Shown here: in pieces, positions 28,215 to 39,279 of the stretch
Position numbering within the stretch: position 1 is the first letter of the stretch
Layout: every line of letters starts with the position of its first letter
Origin: an uncultured Collinsella sp.
GTDB lineage: Bacteria; Actinomycetota; Coriobacteriia; Coriobacteriales; Coriobacteriaceae
Length of the DNA stretch: 64,000 nucleotides
Assembly (NCBI GenBank): GCA_902494585.1
Contig: CABUUD010000001.1
Span: 13,351-77,350 of the forward strand
Reading direction: 5' to 3'
Translations under genes and position numbers: made by a program
The notes under the pieces: generated by a model
Databases searched by the model: none
Seen by the model: the letters and a program-made list of their open reading frames with translations, nothing else
Told to the model about the DNA's origin: nothing

Positions 28215-30021
28215 AACCCTCATGGGCAGCATCCGCGACTATATGAAAGTCACTGTTGCCACGCCATTGCTCGTGCTTGGCGAGGTGCTCTGCGAGATGC
28301 TGATTCCATTTATCACCGCCAACCTGATCGACGCCATCAAAGACGGCACCACCGTAGCCGAGATGCTTCCCACCGCGGGCTTTTTGGTGCTCATCGCGCT
28401 GACATCGCTGGCTTTTGGCGCCGCTGCCGGCGTCACCTGCAGCCACGCGAGTTGCGGCTTCGCCAAGAACCTGCGTCACGACCTGTTCTACAAAATCCAG
28501 ACGTTCAGCTTTGCCAACATCGATGAGTTCTCGAGCTCCTCGCTCGTCACGCGTCTGACCACCGACATCAACAACGTGCAGCAGGCCTTTATGATGATCA
28601 TCCGTATCGCCGTGCGTGCGCCGCTGGTATTGATCTTCGCCTTTACCATGGCGTTTATCATGGGCGGCAGCGTTGCCATGGTCTACCTGGTCATCATTCC
28701 GCTGCTGGGCTTTGGACTGTTCTTTATCATCTTTAAGGTTCGCCCCATCTTCTCGCGCGTGTTCCACAAGTACGACGCCCTTAACGAGTCCGTCGAGGAA
28801 AACGTCACCGGCATGCGCGTGGTCAAGAGCTACGTGCGCGAAGACTTTGAGAAGGAGAAGTTCGCGACCGCCGCGCGCGACGTCCAGATGGACTTCACCC
28901 GCGCCGAGAAGCTGCTCGCCTTTAACAACCCCATGATGAACATCTGCGTCAACGGCGCATTTGTCGTCATCATCTACCTGGGCTCCAAGCTCATCATCAC
29001 AAGCCAGGGCACGCTGTTCGACGTGGGCCAGCTCTCCTCGATCTTTACCTATGGCTTCCAGATCCTTATGAGCCTGATGCAGCTGTCGATGATCTTTGTC
29101 ATGGTGACCATGGCCGACGAATCGGCGCACCGCATCACCGAGGTGCTGGCCGCCGAGCCCACGATCGCCGATCCCGCCGAGCCCGTGCTCGAGGTTGCCG
29201 ACGGCTCCATCGACTTTGACCACGTGAGCTTTAAGTATTCCGCGCATGCGAAGCGCCAGGCGCTCGACGACATCGACCTGCACATTACGAGCGGCGAGAC
29301 CATCGGCATCATCGGCGGTACCGGTTCGGCCAAGTCCACGCTCGTAAACCTCATCGCCCGCCTGTACGACGCCACCGAAGGCACCGTGCGCGTGGGCGGC
29401 GTGGATGTGCGCGACTACGACCTGGACGCGCTGCGCCACCAGGTCGCCATGGTATTGCAGAAAAACGTGCTGTTTAGCGGCACGATTGCCGAGAATCTGC
29501 GCTGGGGAGACCCGAACGCCACCGACGAGGAGGTCCGCGAGGCAGCGCATCTGGCCTGCGCCGATGAGTTTGTCGACGGCTTCCCCAAGGGCTATGACAC
29601 CTGGATCGAACAGGGCGGCTCCAATGTTTCCGGCGGTCAGAAGCAGCGCCTGTGCATTGCGCGTGCCCTGCTCCGTCGCCCCAAGATCTTGATCCTGGAC
29701 GACTCCACCAGCGCCGTCGACACCAAGACCGACGCCAAGATTCGCGCAGGGTTGGCAAGCTATCTGCCCAACACGACCAAGCTCATCATCGCCCAGCGCA
29801 TCAGCTCCGTGCAGGACGCCGATCGCATCATCGTCATGGAGGGCGGCCGCATCGCGCAGATCGGTAACCACGACGAGCTGCTTAAGACGAGCGAGATCTA
29901 CCGCGAGACCTTTACCTCGCAAAACAAGATGTCTGCCGAGGGCGAAGGGGCCGTCGAGGCCGACACCGAGGCATCCGTAACGCAAGCTCAAACCCAGGAA
30001 GGAGGCGAGGCACATGAGTAA
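28207..30021 (+). CDS. Heterodimeric ABC exporter subunit (TMD+NBD, degenerate site)
   Basis: SLVTRLTTD, GGTGSAKST, VSGGQKQR and LDDS motifs. Confidence 0.93.
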   Translation: MIKTLMGSIRDYMKVTVATPLLVLGEVLCEMLIPFITANLIDAIKDGTTVAEMLPTAGFLVLIALTSLAFGAAAGVTCSHASCGFAKNLRHDLFYKIQTFSFANIDEFSSSSLVTRLTTDINNVQQAFMMIIRIAVRAPLVLIFAFTMAFIMGGSVAMVYLVIIPLLGFGLFFIIFKVRPIFSRVFHKYDALNESVEENVTGMRVVKSYVREDFEKEKFATAARDVQMDFTRAEKLLAFNNPMMNICVNGAFVVIIYLGSKLIITSQGTLFDVGQLSSIFTYGFQILMSLMQLSMIFVMVTMADESAHRITEVLAAEPTIADPAEPVLEVADGSIDFDHVSFKYSAHAKRQALDDIDLHITSGETIGIIGGTGSAKSTLVNLIARLYDATEGTVRVGGVDVRDYDLDALRHQVAMVLQKNVLFSGTIAENLRWGDPNATDEEVREAAHLACADEFVDGFPKGYDTWIEQGGSNVSGGQKQRLCIARALLRRPKILILDDSTSAVDTKTDAKIRAGLASYLPNTTKLIIAQRISSVQDADRIIVMEGGRIAQIGNHDELLKTSEIYRETFTSQNKMSAEGEGAVEADTEASVTQAQTQEGGEAHE

Positions 30022-31933
30022 GGCAACGACCGCCGAGCGCGCGCTCAACCGCAAGGGTGGCACCATGTCGCGCCTCATCAAGACGCTCTTTGGCTTCTAC
30101 CCCGTGCTTTTGCCCCTCGTCGTCGTCGGCGTGGTACTCTGCGCCATCATCAACTCCATCGGCGCGACCTTCCTTCAGAGCGCTCTGCAGATTATTAGCG
30201 AATCGTGGCAGTCGGGCGATTGGGAAGCCGCACAGCCCAAGATCGCACAGCTCGTGACCACCCTCGCCTGCATCTACGGCGTCGGCATCCTGTCCTCGCT
30301 GTTCTGGAACCGCGCCATGGCCATCGTCACGCAGGGCTCGCTGGAGAAGCTGCGCGAGAAGATGTTCAACCGCATGCAGGACCTGCCGATTCGCTACTTC
30401 GACACGCACCAGCGCGGCGACATCATGAGCCACTACACCAACGACATCGACACGCTGCGCCAGATGATCAGCCAGTCGCTGCCCAACCTGCTCATGACGG
30501 TCATCGTCATCGCCACGGTGTTCTTTATCATGCTGTACTACAGCGTGTGGATGTGCCTGGTCATTGTGGCGGGCGTCGCCTTTATGACCTTTATGACCAA
30601 GCTGCTCGGCTCCAACTCCGCGCGTTTCTTTATTGCGCAGCAGACCGAGCTCGGCGTGGTCGAGGGCCATATCGAGGAAGTCATGAACGGCCAGAAGGTC
30701 GTCAAGGCATTCTGCCACGAGTCTGCCGCCGAAGCCGATTTTGACGAGCGCAACGAAAAGCTCTTCGAGGTCTCGCAGAAGGCCAACATGTACGCCAACA
30801 TCCTCATGCCCATCCTTATGAACCTGGGTAACCTGCTCTACGTGCTGGTCGCACTGGCCGGCGGCATTTTCCTGGCGCTGGGCGTGCCTAACCTGAGCAT
30901 CTCGGGCATGGCGTTGTCCATCGCCGTCGTGGTGCCGTTCCTCAACATGACCAAGCAGTTCTGCGGACAGATCGGCCAGATCTCGCAGCAGATCAACGCC
31001 GTGGTCATGGGCCTCGCCGGCGCCGACCGCATCTTTGAGCTCATCGACGAGAAGCCCGAGACCGACGAAGGCTACGTGACGCTCGTCAACGCGCAGGTGA
31101 ACCCCGATACTTGGCAGCTCGAGGAGGCCGACCACCACACCGGCATGTGGGCATGGAAACATCCGCACCGCGCAACCGGCGAGATCGAGTACGTGCCGCT
31201 GCGCGGCGACCTGGTCATGGACAACGTCGACTTTGGCTACACGCCCGACCACGAGGTGCTGCACGGCGTGTCCGTGTTTGCCAAGCCGGGCCAGAAGGTC
31301 GCGTTTGTCGGCGCCACCGGTGCCGGCAAGACGACCATCACCAACCTCATCAACCGCTTCTACGACATCGCCGACGGCAAGATCCGCTACGACGGCATCA
31401 ACGTCAATAAGATTCGCAAAGCAGATCTGCGCCGCTCGCTGGGCGTGGTGCTGCAGGACGTGAACCTGTTCACCGGCACCGTGATGGATAACATCCGCTA
31501 CGGCAACCTGGACGCTACCGACGAGGAGTGCATCGCGGCGGCCAAGCTCGCGGGCGCCGACGACTTTATCACCCGCCTGCCCGACGGCTACGACACGATG
31601 CTCACCGGCAACGGCGCACAGCTGTCGCAGGGCCAGCGCCAGCTGATTTCGATCGCACGTGCTGCCGTCGCCGATCCGCCGGCAATGATTCTGGACGAGG
31701 CCACGAGCTCCATCGACACCCGCACCGAGGCCATCGTGCAGGCAGGCATGGATAAGCTCATGGAAGGTCGCACGACGTTTGTCATCGCGCACCGCCTGTC
31801 CACCGTGCGCAACTCCGACGCGATCATCTGCCTGGACCACGGCCGCATTATCGAGCGCGGCAACCACGACGAGCTGATCGCCAAGCGCGGGTATTACTAC
31901 CAGCTCTATACCGGAGCGTTTGAGCTGGAGTAG
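30014..31933 (+). CDS. Heterodimeric ABC exporter subunit (TMD+NBD)
   Basis: GATGAGKTT, LSQGQRQ, LDEATS and IAHRL motifs. Confidence 0.93.
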   Translation: MSKATTAERALNRKGGTMSRLIKTLFGFYPVLLPLVVVGVVLCAIINSIGATFLQSALQIISESWQSGDWEAAQPKIAQLVTTLACIYGVGILSSLFWNRAMAIVTQGSLEKLREKMFNRMQDLPIRYFDTHQRGDIMSHYTNDIDTLRQMISQSLPNLLMTVIVIATVFFIMLYYSVWMCLVIVAGVAFMTFMTKLLGSNSARFFIAQQTELGVVEGHIEEVMNGQKVVKAFCHESAAEADFDERNEKLFEVSQKANMYANILMPILMNLGNLLYVLVALAGGIFLALGVPNLSISGMALSIAVVVPFLNMTKQFCGQIGQISQQINAVVMGLAGADRIFELIDEKPETDEGYVTLVNAQVNPDTWQLEEADHHTGMWAWKHPHRATGEIEYVPLRGDLVMDNVDFGYTPDHEVLHGVSVFAKPGQKVAFVGATGAGKTTITNLINRFYDIADGKIRYDGINVNKIRKADLRRSLGVVLQDVNLFTGTVMDNIRYGNLDATDEECIAAAKLAGADDFITRLPDGYDTMLTGNGAQLSQGQRQLISIARAAVADPPAMILDEATSSIDTRTEAIVQAGMDKLMEGRTTFVIAHRLSTVRNSDAIICLDHGRIIERGNHDELIAKRGYYYQLYTGAFELE

Positions 31934-32005
31934 GACCGGTTACTGACGGAGGGCGCCCCGGGGGCGCCCTCCTGCGCGCGATCAGCCGTCATTTAAAACG
32001 GAATA

Positions 32006-32047
32006 AAAGTTTGCGAGGCCCTGGCCGTTTGGCCAGGGCCTCGTTTT
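32006..32047. terminator. Terminator between convergent ABC exporter and LysR genes
   Basis: CGAGGCCCTGGCC-GTTT-GGCCAGGGCCTCG-TTTT; a second GC hairpin lies at 31948-31972. Confidence 0.75.
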
Positions 32048-32058
32048 GTAAGGATGAA

Positions 32059-32937
32059 CTAGTTGAGGAGTTGGGCCATGGCGTTGACGAATTTTTGTAC
32101 TTGGAGGGTTGGCTCGAGCGGGTAGTGCAGAAAGACCGGCACCTCTCGCCCGCAGAGGAACGGCACGCCCACAAAGGCCGGGTGCACACCCGACCATGCG
32201 CCGCAGGTGAGCACCGCGTCGCCCTTTTCCTCGGCTTCGTTAAAAAGCGCAAAGTCGAAGCTGTCCACGTCGATCACGTCTACGCCGCCGTCGGCCAAAA
32301 GGTCGATACGCAGGCTGTCCATGACGTCGTTGCCGTGACGGAGCACGCGCAGGCGCATGCCCTCCAGGTCAGCAACCGTGATACGCGTCTTGCGCGCAAG
32401 CGGGTTCGTGCGCGGCAGGTCGATATAAAACGGCACGTTGACAATGCGGAGCTTTTGGCAGGTGTCGCCCCAGCGCGGAGTCGAAAAACTCGACTGCACC
32501 ACATCGACCTCGCGGCCCAAGCTGCGCATGACGGTCTCGCGCTCATCGTAGAGGTCGCTTACCGGCACAATCTCAAATCGCAGCGACGGCTCCAGATCGT
32601 GGACGCCCGTCCACATCGACAGCGTTTGGCGCCCCGGGCACATCATCGACACGCCCAGGCGCACGGCACCGCCATCGCCCGCCGCACGTCGGGCACGGCG
32701 CAGGGCGTCCTCGGACTGGCGCATGATCGAGCGCGCGTCGTCCACCAGCAGAGCACCCGCCGGCGTCACCTTGACGCCCGAGTGCGAGCGCTCGAACAGC
32801 GTAATACCGAACTCCGCCTCAAAACCCGATACCTGCTTGACGAGCGCCGGCGTCGACACGCGCAGCTTTGCCGCCGCACGCGAGAAGCTTCCCAGCTCCG
32901 CGGCGGCCGATATGGCCTCAAGTCGTCGATCGTACAC
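32059..32937 (-). CDS. LysR-family regulator
   Basis: GSFSRAAAKL.VSTPAL...LFERSH..V.VTPAG; divergent from the SDR operon. Confidence 0.92.
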   Translation of the reverse strand: MYDRRLEAISAAAELGSFSRAAAKLRVSTPALVKQVSGFEAEFGITLFERSHSGVKVTPAGALLVDDARSIMRQSEDALRRARRAAGDGGAVRLGVSMMCPGRQTLSMWTGVHDLEPSLRFEIVPVSDLYDERETVMRSLGREVDVVQSSFSTPRWGDTCQKLRIVNVPFYIDLPRTNPLARKTRITVADLEGMRLRVLRHGNDVMDSLRIDLLADGGVDVIDVDSFDFALFNEAEEKGDAVLTCGAWSGVHPAFVGVPFLCGREVPVFLHYPLEPTLQVQKFVNAMAQLLN

Positions 32938-33170
32938 GTCAATCTCCCGTTTTCGCGCCCGTGACCGCATGGTGCCACAGGGGGTTGTTTTCGCAGGTCA
33001 CGCGCTCAATTGAGAATAAACTGCATCGCACAGTGTAAACCTACGGTTAACGCCATTCTAACAAATATGCAATTCACCTGCGCAAATGCAAAGCATACGA
33101 TAACCAGCGAAAACCACGTGGGTCGATTAATGGGAGCGACCCACCGGGAGGCACAAGAAGGGAAGTTCCT

Positions 33171-34052
33171 ATGAGCAATTGGCTTAAGCTCGAGGGCGAT
33201 GTCTGCGCCGTGACTGGCGCGCTCGGCGGTATGGGCGCCGAGATCTGCCGCGAGTTCGCCCGCAATGGCGCCAACGTCGTCATGCTCGACCTGGACGAGG
33301 AGAAGGTCAAGGCCGCTGCCGCCGACCTCGCTGCCGAGTTTGGCATCCACGCCGAGGGCTATAAGATGAACGCCACCGACGAGGTCGAGGTTCAGGCCGC
33401 CGTCGACGCCACCATCGCCGACTTCGGTCGCGTCGACGTCCTCGTCAACACCGCCGGCATCCTGCGCTTCGCCGCCATGGAGGACCTGCCGCTCTCCGAC
33501 TGGAACGAGGTCATCAACGTCAACCTCACCGGCTACTTCATCACCTCGCAGCGCTTTGGTCGCGAGATGATCAAGGCCGGCCAGGGCCGCCTGGTGCACA
33601 TCTCGACCGTCGCCAGCCACTCCCCCGAGACGTTCTCGGGCGTGTACAGCTCCACCAAGGCGGGCGTCAACATGATGTCCAAGATGCTCGCCGCCGAGTG
33701 GGGCCCCTACGGCGTGCGCTCCAACTGCGTCGAGCCCTGCTTCGTTAAGACCCCCATGTCGGCCAATTTCTACGCCGACCCCGAGGTCGAAAAGAGCCGC
33801 AGCCGCCTCATCGCCACGCGCCGCATCGGCGAGGTCAGCGATATCGCCAACGCCGTCATGTTCCTGGCGTCCAAGCGCTCGGACTTTACCACCGGCGACG
33901 CCATCAAGGTCGACGGCGGCTTCTCCAACATGATGGGCGACCTCACCGCCAAGCCCGGCGGCCGTCGCGCCTATGCCGACAACTACCTTAAGAACAAGGG
34001 TGTCGAGCTCTGGTCCGATGAGTCCGGCGTCGCAAAGCCGACTGACCAGTAA
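33171..34052 (+). CDS. Short-chain dehydrogenase/reductase
   Basis: TGALGGMG, NTAG and YSSTK motifs. Confidence 0.93.
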   Translation: MSNWLKLEGDVCAVTGALGGMGAEICREFARNGANVVMLDLDEEKVKAAAADLAAEFGIHAEGYKMNATDEVEVQAAVDATIADFGRVDVLVNTAGILRFAAMEDLPLSDWNEVINVNLTGYFITSQRFGREMIKAGQGRLVHISTVASHSPETFSGVYSSTKAGVNMMSKMLAAEWGPYGVRSNCVEPCFVKTPMSANFYADPEVEKSRSRLIATRRIGEVSDIANAVMFLASKRSDFTTGDAIKVDGGFSNMMGDLTAKPGGRRAYADNYLKNKGVELWSDESGVAKPTDQ

Positions 34053-34118
34053 ACCAACCTAACAGGGAGGCCCCGCGGACACGCCCGTTCCTCCCCCGTA
34101 TCGATTAGAAAGAGTCCA

Positions 34119-35375
34119 ATGGCTTCCACCAACTCCAACAAGGGTCGCGCCGTCGTGCTTTCCGCCGCGTGCGTCACCATGTTCTTCATCAGCTCCATTG
34201 CGCTGTATTCCGTCGTGAGCAAGAACCTGCTCGCCGTCTACCCCGAGTGGTCCAGCGCTCTTACCTGGGCCTTCCCGGTCTTTCAGACCATCATGGCCGT
34301 GACGGGCATCTTCGCCGGCCGCATCTCCGACAAGATCGGCCCGCGCAACGTCGTGATCGCCGCCGCCGTGTGCTACGGCGTGGGCTGGTTCATGTCCGGC
34401 ACCGTCACCGAGCCATGGCAGTTCTACCTGTGGTTCTCACTCGTCGCCGCCGTTGGCAACGGCCTGGGCTACAACCCGGCGCTCACCACGGGTCAGAAGT
34501 GGTTCATCGACAAGAAGGGTCTCGCCTCCGGCATTACGCTCGCCGCTTCGACCGCCGGCCCCGCCGTGCTGTCCCCGGTGCTCGCCTCGCTGCTCATCCC
34601 GAGCCTGGGCATCTTCGGCGCCCTTAAGGCGCTCGGCGTCATCTTCTTTGTGACGATCGCCGCCTCCGCCCTGTTCCTGAAGGCCCCCGAGGCCGGTTGG
34701 CTGCCCGAGGGCTTCGAGGCCCCCAAGGGCGGCGCGCACGCCGGCACCTTCGGTGACCTCACCCCGGGCGAGATGGTCAAGACCCCGCGCTTCTGGGTCC
34801 TCATCGTCACCTTCGCCTTTGCCGCCACCGCGGGCACCCTGCTCGTGGGCAAGGTTGCCTCCATCGCCGCCGTCCAGCTCTTCGCCGACCCCACGAGCGC
34901 CGCTGCCGTCGCCCTCGGCGGCGTGGTGGTCTCCGTCAACACCTGCGCCAACCTGGTTGGCCGTCTGTCCTTTGGCCAGATCATCGACAAGCTCGGCGCC
35001 TATAAGTCGCTGCTCATCAGCCTTGTCGTCACCATCGTCGCCCTCGTCATCATGTCGATGAGCTTTACGCAGAGCATGTTCTTTGTGGCGCTCGCCCTGC
35101 TCGGCTTTAGCTTTGGCGCCCTGCTCGTCATCTACCCGCCGCTCACCGGTGGCGCCTTTGGTACCAGCAACATCGGTGTCAACTACGGCATCATGTTTTT
35201 GGGTTATGCCGCTTCTACCTGGATCAGCCAGCCCATCACCGCCGTGCTGTATCACGCCGAGGCCGGCAGCGCCGCCTACCAGCAGTCCTTCTACGGCGCC
35301 ATTGTGATCGCCGCCATCGCCGTCGTGCTCACCGTCTACATGATGGTCTCCGACAGCAAGAAGAAGTCCGCCTAG
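34119..35375 (+). CDS. MFS transporter (OFA/OxlT-like)
   Basis: GRISDKIGPR, KWF.DKKGLASG and FG....G.NYG motifs. Confidence 0.88.
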   Translation: MASTNSNKGRAVVLSAACVTMFFISSIALYSVVSKNLLAVYPEWSSALTWAFPVFQTIMAVTGIFAGRISDKIGPRNVVIAAAVCYGVGWFMSGTVTEPWQFYLWFSLVAAVGNGLGYNPALTTGQKWFIDKKGLASGITLAASTAGPAVLSPVLASLLIPSLGIFGALKALGVIFFVTIAASALFLKAPEAGWLPEGFEAPKGGAHAGTFGDLTPGEMVKTPRFWVLIVTFAFAATAGTLLVGKVASIAAVQLFADPTSAAAVALGGVVVSVNTCANLVGRLSFGQIIDKLGAYKSLLISLVVTIVALVIMSMSFTQSMFFVALALLGFSFGALLVIYPPLTGGAFGTSNIGVNYGIMFLGYAASTWISQPITAVLYHAEAGSAAYQQSFYGAIVIAAIAVVLTVYMMVSDSKKKSA

Positions 35376-35383
35376 TTTCACCG

Positions 35384-35414
35384 ATGCGACAAAGGGACAG
35401 CCCCTTTGTCGCAT
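35384..35414. repeat. REP-like palindrome copy
   Basis: ATGCGACAAAGGGACAGCCCCTTTGTCGCAT. Confidence 0.85.
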
Positions 35415-35444
35415 TTCACCGGTCACCATTATTAAGGAGTCGAA

Positions 35445-36485
35445 ATGTCTGAGCTCAACCCCGTCCGCATTGCCGTTATCGGCGCCGGCGCCATGGGCCG
35501 CAACCACATCCGCTTTGTCACCGAGGAGCCCGAGGCCGAACTCGTTGCCATCGCCGACGCCTTTGAGGGCGCCCGCGCCACGGCAGAGGCCGCCGGCGTA
35601 CCGTTTTACACCGATCCCGCCCAGATGATGGACGAGATCAAGCCCGAGGCCGTCATTATCGCCACCCCCAACGACCTGCACCTGGGCGTTGCCCGCGAGG
35701 CTGTGAAGCGCAACATCGTGCCGCTGGTCGAAAAGCCGATCTCCAACGACCTGGAGGATGCCCAGGCCTTTGCCGCCGAGGCCGAGACCGCCGGCGTGCC
35801 CGTGCTCGTGGGTCAGCACCGTCGCCACAACCCCTTCGTCAACAAGGCCAAGGAGATCATCGAGTCCGGCGAGCTGGGCAAGCTCACCGTGTCGAGCTTC
35901 CACTATATGATCTACAAGAATGACGAGTACTTCGATGTCGAGTGGCGCCGCAAGAAGGGTGCCGGCCCGATCCTGGTCAACCTGGTGCACGACGTCGACC
36001 TACTCCGCTACCTGCTGGGCGAGCCCGTTGCCGTCCAGGGCATGCAGTCCAGCGCCGCCCGCGGTTTTGAAACCGAGGACTCCGCCGTGGTCAACGTCCG
36101 TTTTGCCGATGGCGCGCTCGCAAGCATGACCATCTCCGACGCCACCGCCAGCCCCTGGAACTGGGAGGCAACCGCTCGCGAGGATCCGCAGTATCGCCCC
36201 TTCGACGCCGACGCCTACTTTATTGGCGGTACCTTGGGCGCCTTGTCGCTGCCCCGCCTGCATCAGTTCTCCTACGACGGCGCCTCCAACTGGCACAAGC
36301 CGCTGCAGATGGAGATCCCGGCCGTCGACCCGGCGCTGCCGCACAAGATGCAGCTCAAGCACTTTGTGAAGGTTGTCCGCCGCGAGGTCGAGCCCGTCGT
36401 GACCCCCGCCGATAACGTCAAGACGCTCACGCTTCTCAACGCCATCAAGGAGGCCGCCGAGACCGGCCAGCTCGTCGAGCTGTAA
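35445..36485 (+). CDS. Gfo/Idh/MocA-family oxidoreductase
   Basis: GAGAMG, IATPNDLH, VEKP and NLVHDVD motifs. Confidence 0.92.
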   Translation: MSELNPVRIAVIGAGAMGRNHIRFVTEEPEAELVAIADAFEGARATAEAAGVPFYTDPAQMMDEIKPEAVIIATPNDLHLGVAREAVKRNIVPLVEKPISNDLEDAQAFAAEAETAGVPVLVGQHRRHNPFVNKAKEIIESGELGKLTVSSFHYMIYKNDEYFDVEWRRKKGAGPILVNLVHDVDLLRYLLGEPVAVQGMQSSAARGFETEDSAVVNVRFADGALASMTISDATASPWNWEATAREDPQYRPFDADAYFIGGTLGALSLPRLHQFSYDGASNWHKPLQMEIPAVDPALPHKMQLKHFVKVVRREVEPVVTPADNVKTLTLLNAIKEAAETGQLVEL

Positions 36486-36733
36486 TGCCTTAAGAGTGAC
36501 CGCGGCAGAAACCCCATGCCGAGCCCCTCGGTCCGCCACCAACAAGCCCCTCTTCTTTGCCCCGCGAGCAGCCTCCTGCCCGCGGGGCATTTTGCTACCT
36601 TGCCGACGATTTTTCTGGAGCAGGGGCTATTTTGTACTTCGGCTTGATTCGTTCGCCACGAAACAGTCTTTTGGGACGGGTGGTATCCTTGGTAGCTCTG
36701 TGCTTCAAACGCACCTTAAACGCAAGGAGTCTC

Positions 36734-38881
36734 ATGGATCTTATCGCCCAGCTCGCCCGCGAGCTCAACCTTAAGGCCGCCAACATCGAGGCGGCTGTCA
36801 AGCTCATCGACGAGGGCAACACCATTCCCTTTATCTCGCGCTACCGCAAGGAAGCAACGGGCGGCATGGACGACGTCGCCCTGCGCGCGCTCGACGAGCG
36901 CCTGTCCTACCTGCGCAATCTTGAGCAGCGCAAAGAGGACGTCATTCTGCTCATCGACGCCCAGGGCAAACTCACGCCCGAACTCGAGCAGCAGATTCGC
37001 GAGGCCACGCAGCTCCAGCGTGTCGAGGACCTCTACAAGCCCTACCGCAAAAAGCGCATGACCCGCGCGCAGAAGGCCCGCGAGGCAGGCCTGGAGCCAC
37101 TCGCCAACATGATCATCATGCAGGCCTCGGCCAAGGGCAGCGCGCTCGACGCCGCCGCGACATACGTCAACGAGGAGGCCGGCTTCGACACACCCGAGAA
37201 GGCGCTTGCGGGTGCGGCCGACATTGTGGCCGAGACGGTGGCCGAAGACCCCGAGAACGTCGCCGACCTGCGCGCCTTTACGCAAAACACCGCCGACATC
37301 GTCGTCGAGGCCACCAACCCCGCCGAAAAAACTCCCTACGAGCCGTACTACAGCTATGATGAGCCCCTGCGCCGTATACCCAACCACCGCGTGCTGGCTA
37401 TCGACCGCGGTGAGCGCGAGGGCAAGCTCCGCGTGCGCGTGAACGTCGACGGCGCTGCCGCCACGGCGCGCCTCGGCAGCCGCTGGCCCCGTCGCCAGGG
37501 CGTGTTCGCGCCCGTCTTTGACGCCGCTATCGCCGACGGCTACAAGCGCCTCATGGCTCCCTCGCTGGAGCGCGAGGCCCGTGCTAAGCTCACCGTCCGC
37601 GCCCAGACCGAGGCCATCAACGTCTTTGCCAAGAATCTCGAGGGCCTGCTCTCGACACGCCCCGTGCGCGGCGCCCGCGTGCTCGCGCTCGATCCGGGCT
37701 ACCGCACCGGCTGCAAGGTCGCCGTCATGGACGAGACCGGCAAACTGCTCGACCACGGCGTGGTCTATCCCACCAAGCCGCGCCACGACGTCGCCGGCAC
37801 CAAGCGCGAGCTCGCCCGCCTCGTCAAGAAGGACGGCGTCAACACCATCGTCATCGGCAACGGCACCGCTAGCCGTGAGACCGAGGAAGTCGTCTCGGAG
37901 TTCATTGCCGAGCAGGCGCCCGAGCTGCGATACACCATTGTTAACGAGGCCGGCGCGTCGGTGTACTCCGCCTCCGAGCTCGCGAGCCAGGAGTATCCCG
38001 ACCTGGACGTCACCGTGCGCGGCGCCATGAGCCTGGGCCGCCGCCTACAGGACCCGCTGGCAGAGCTCGTTAAGATTCCGCCCCAGTCCGTCGGCGTAGG
38101 CCAGTACCAGCACGACCTTGACCAGGCCGAGCTTTCGCGCACCCTGGGTCACGTGGTGGAAGACGTCGTCAACCGCGTGGGCGTCGACGTAAACACCGCG
38201 AGCGCAAGTCTGCTGGGATACGTATCGGGCATCACGCCGAGCGTTGCCAAAAACATCGTGGCCTACCGCGAGGAAAACGGCGCCTTCACCGATCGCCGCC
38301 AGCTCAAGAAGGTCCCCAAGTTGGGACCCAAGGCATATCTCAACGCCGCGGGCTTTTTGCGCATCAGCGGCGGCAAGAACCCGCTCGACGCGACAAGCGT
38401 CCACCCCGAGAGCTATGAGGTGGCCACGTCCGTCCTGGAGCGCGCAGGCGTTAAAGCCAGCGAGCTCAGCCGCGGCGGCGTGCCCGACATCGAGCGCCGT
38501 CTGGGCAGCATCTCGACGCTGGCAAGCGACCTGGACTGTGGCACCCTGACGCTCATCGACATCGTCAACGAGCTCAAGAAGCCCGGTCGCGACCCGCGCG
38601 ACGATGCACCCGAGGTGGTCTTTAGCCGCTCGGCGCTTTCCATCGACGACCTGGAGCCGGGCATGGAGCTCAAGGGCACGGTTCGCAACGTTGTGGATTT
38701 TGGTGCCTTCGTCGACGTGGGCGTGCACCAGGACGGCCTCGTGCATATCTCCAAGCTTGCCAACCGCTTTGTCAAGCACCCCAGCGACGTAGTGCGCGTC
38801 GGCGACACGGTGAAGGTATGGGTAGAAAAGGTCGATCGCGACCGCAAGAAAATCTCGCTCACCATGGTGCAGGGAAAGTAA
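36734..38881 (+). CDS. tex: Tex-family RNA-binding transcriptional accessory protein
   Basis: GNTIPFISRYRKEATG, DPGYRTGCK, NEAGASVYS and a C-terminal S1 domain. Confidence 0.95.
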   Translation: MDLIAQLARELNLKAANIEAAVKLIDEGNTIPFISRYRKEATGGMDDVALRALDERLSYLRNLEQRKEDVILLIDAQGKLTPELEQQIREATQLQRVEDLYKPYRKKRMTRAQKAREAGLEPLANMIIMQASAKGSALDAAATYVNEEAGFDTPEKALAGAADIVAETVAEDPENVADLRAFTQNTADIVVEATNPAEKTPYEPYYSYDEPLRRIPNHRVLAIDRGEREGKLRVRVNVDGAAATARLGSRWPRRQGVFAPVFDAAIADGYKRLMAPSLEREARAKLTVRAQTEAINVFAKNLEGLLSTRPVRGARVLALDPGYRTGCKVAVMDETGKLLDHGVVYPTKPRHDVAGTKRELARLVKKDGVNTIVIGNGTASRETEEVVSEFIAEQAPELRYTIVNEAGASVYSASELASQEYPDLDVTVRGAMSLGRRLQDPLAELVKIPPQSVGVGQYQHDLDQAELSRTLGHVVEDVVNRVGVDVNTASASLLGYVSGITPSVAKNIVAYREENGAFTDRRQLKKVPKLGPKAYLNAAGFLRISGGKNPLDATSVHPESYEVATSVLERAGVKASELSRGGVPDIERRLGSISTLASDLDCGTLTLIDIVNELKKPGRDPRDDAPEVVFSRSALSIDDLEPGMELKGTVRNVVDFGAFVDVGVHQDGLVHISKLANRFVKHPSDVVRVGDTVKVWVEKVDRDRKKISLTMVQGK

Positions 38882-39186
38882 CAGCAAAGGACGAACCACC
38901 GCTGCCCATCGTCGAACTTGCAAGTTTTTCTCACCCAATGGGAAAACTTGCAGATACCGCAACATAACTTTCGTTTGCACATGGGCGTTGAGTTGCTAAA
39001 CACTTTACCTATGTTTATCAAGGCGTGAACTGCGGACTTTTATCTTCTCGGCGGACGGTTTTGCAGTTTTACCATTTTTTATCGACGCCCCAGCGGCAAA
39101 ACGTTTTTGCCGATCATCGCGGTTGATTCCGTTCACGGAACAGAAGCAGCGCCTTGCCGGCTCGTTTTCATAATCGCCCCAAAGCA

Positions 39187-39222
39187 AAAAGCGGTGACGC
39201 CTCATTTGAGACGTCACCGCTT
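39187..39222 (-). terminator. Terminator of the PTS operon
   Basis: GCGGTGACG.CTCA-AA-TGAG.CGTCACCGC-TTTTT on minus strand. Confidence 0.75.
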
Positions 39223-39279
39223 CCGTGTAGGAGCCGGTTATCGGAGCTCCGCCCGATTAGGGCTTAACGTACGCCTGGA

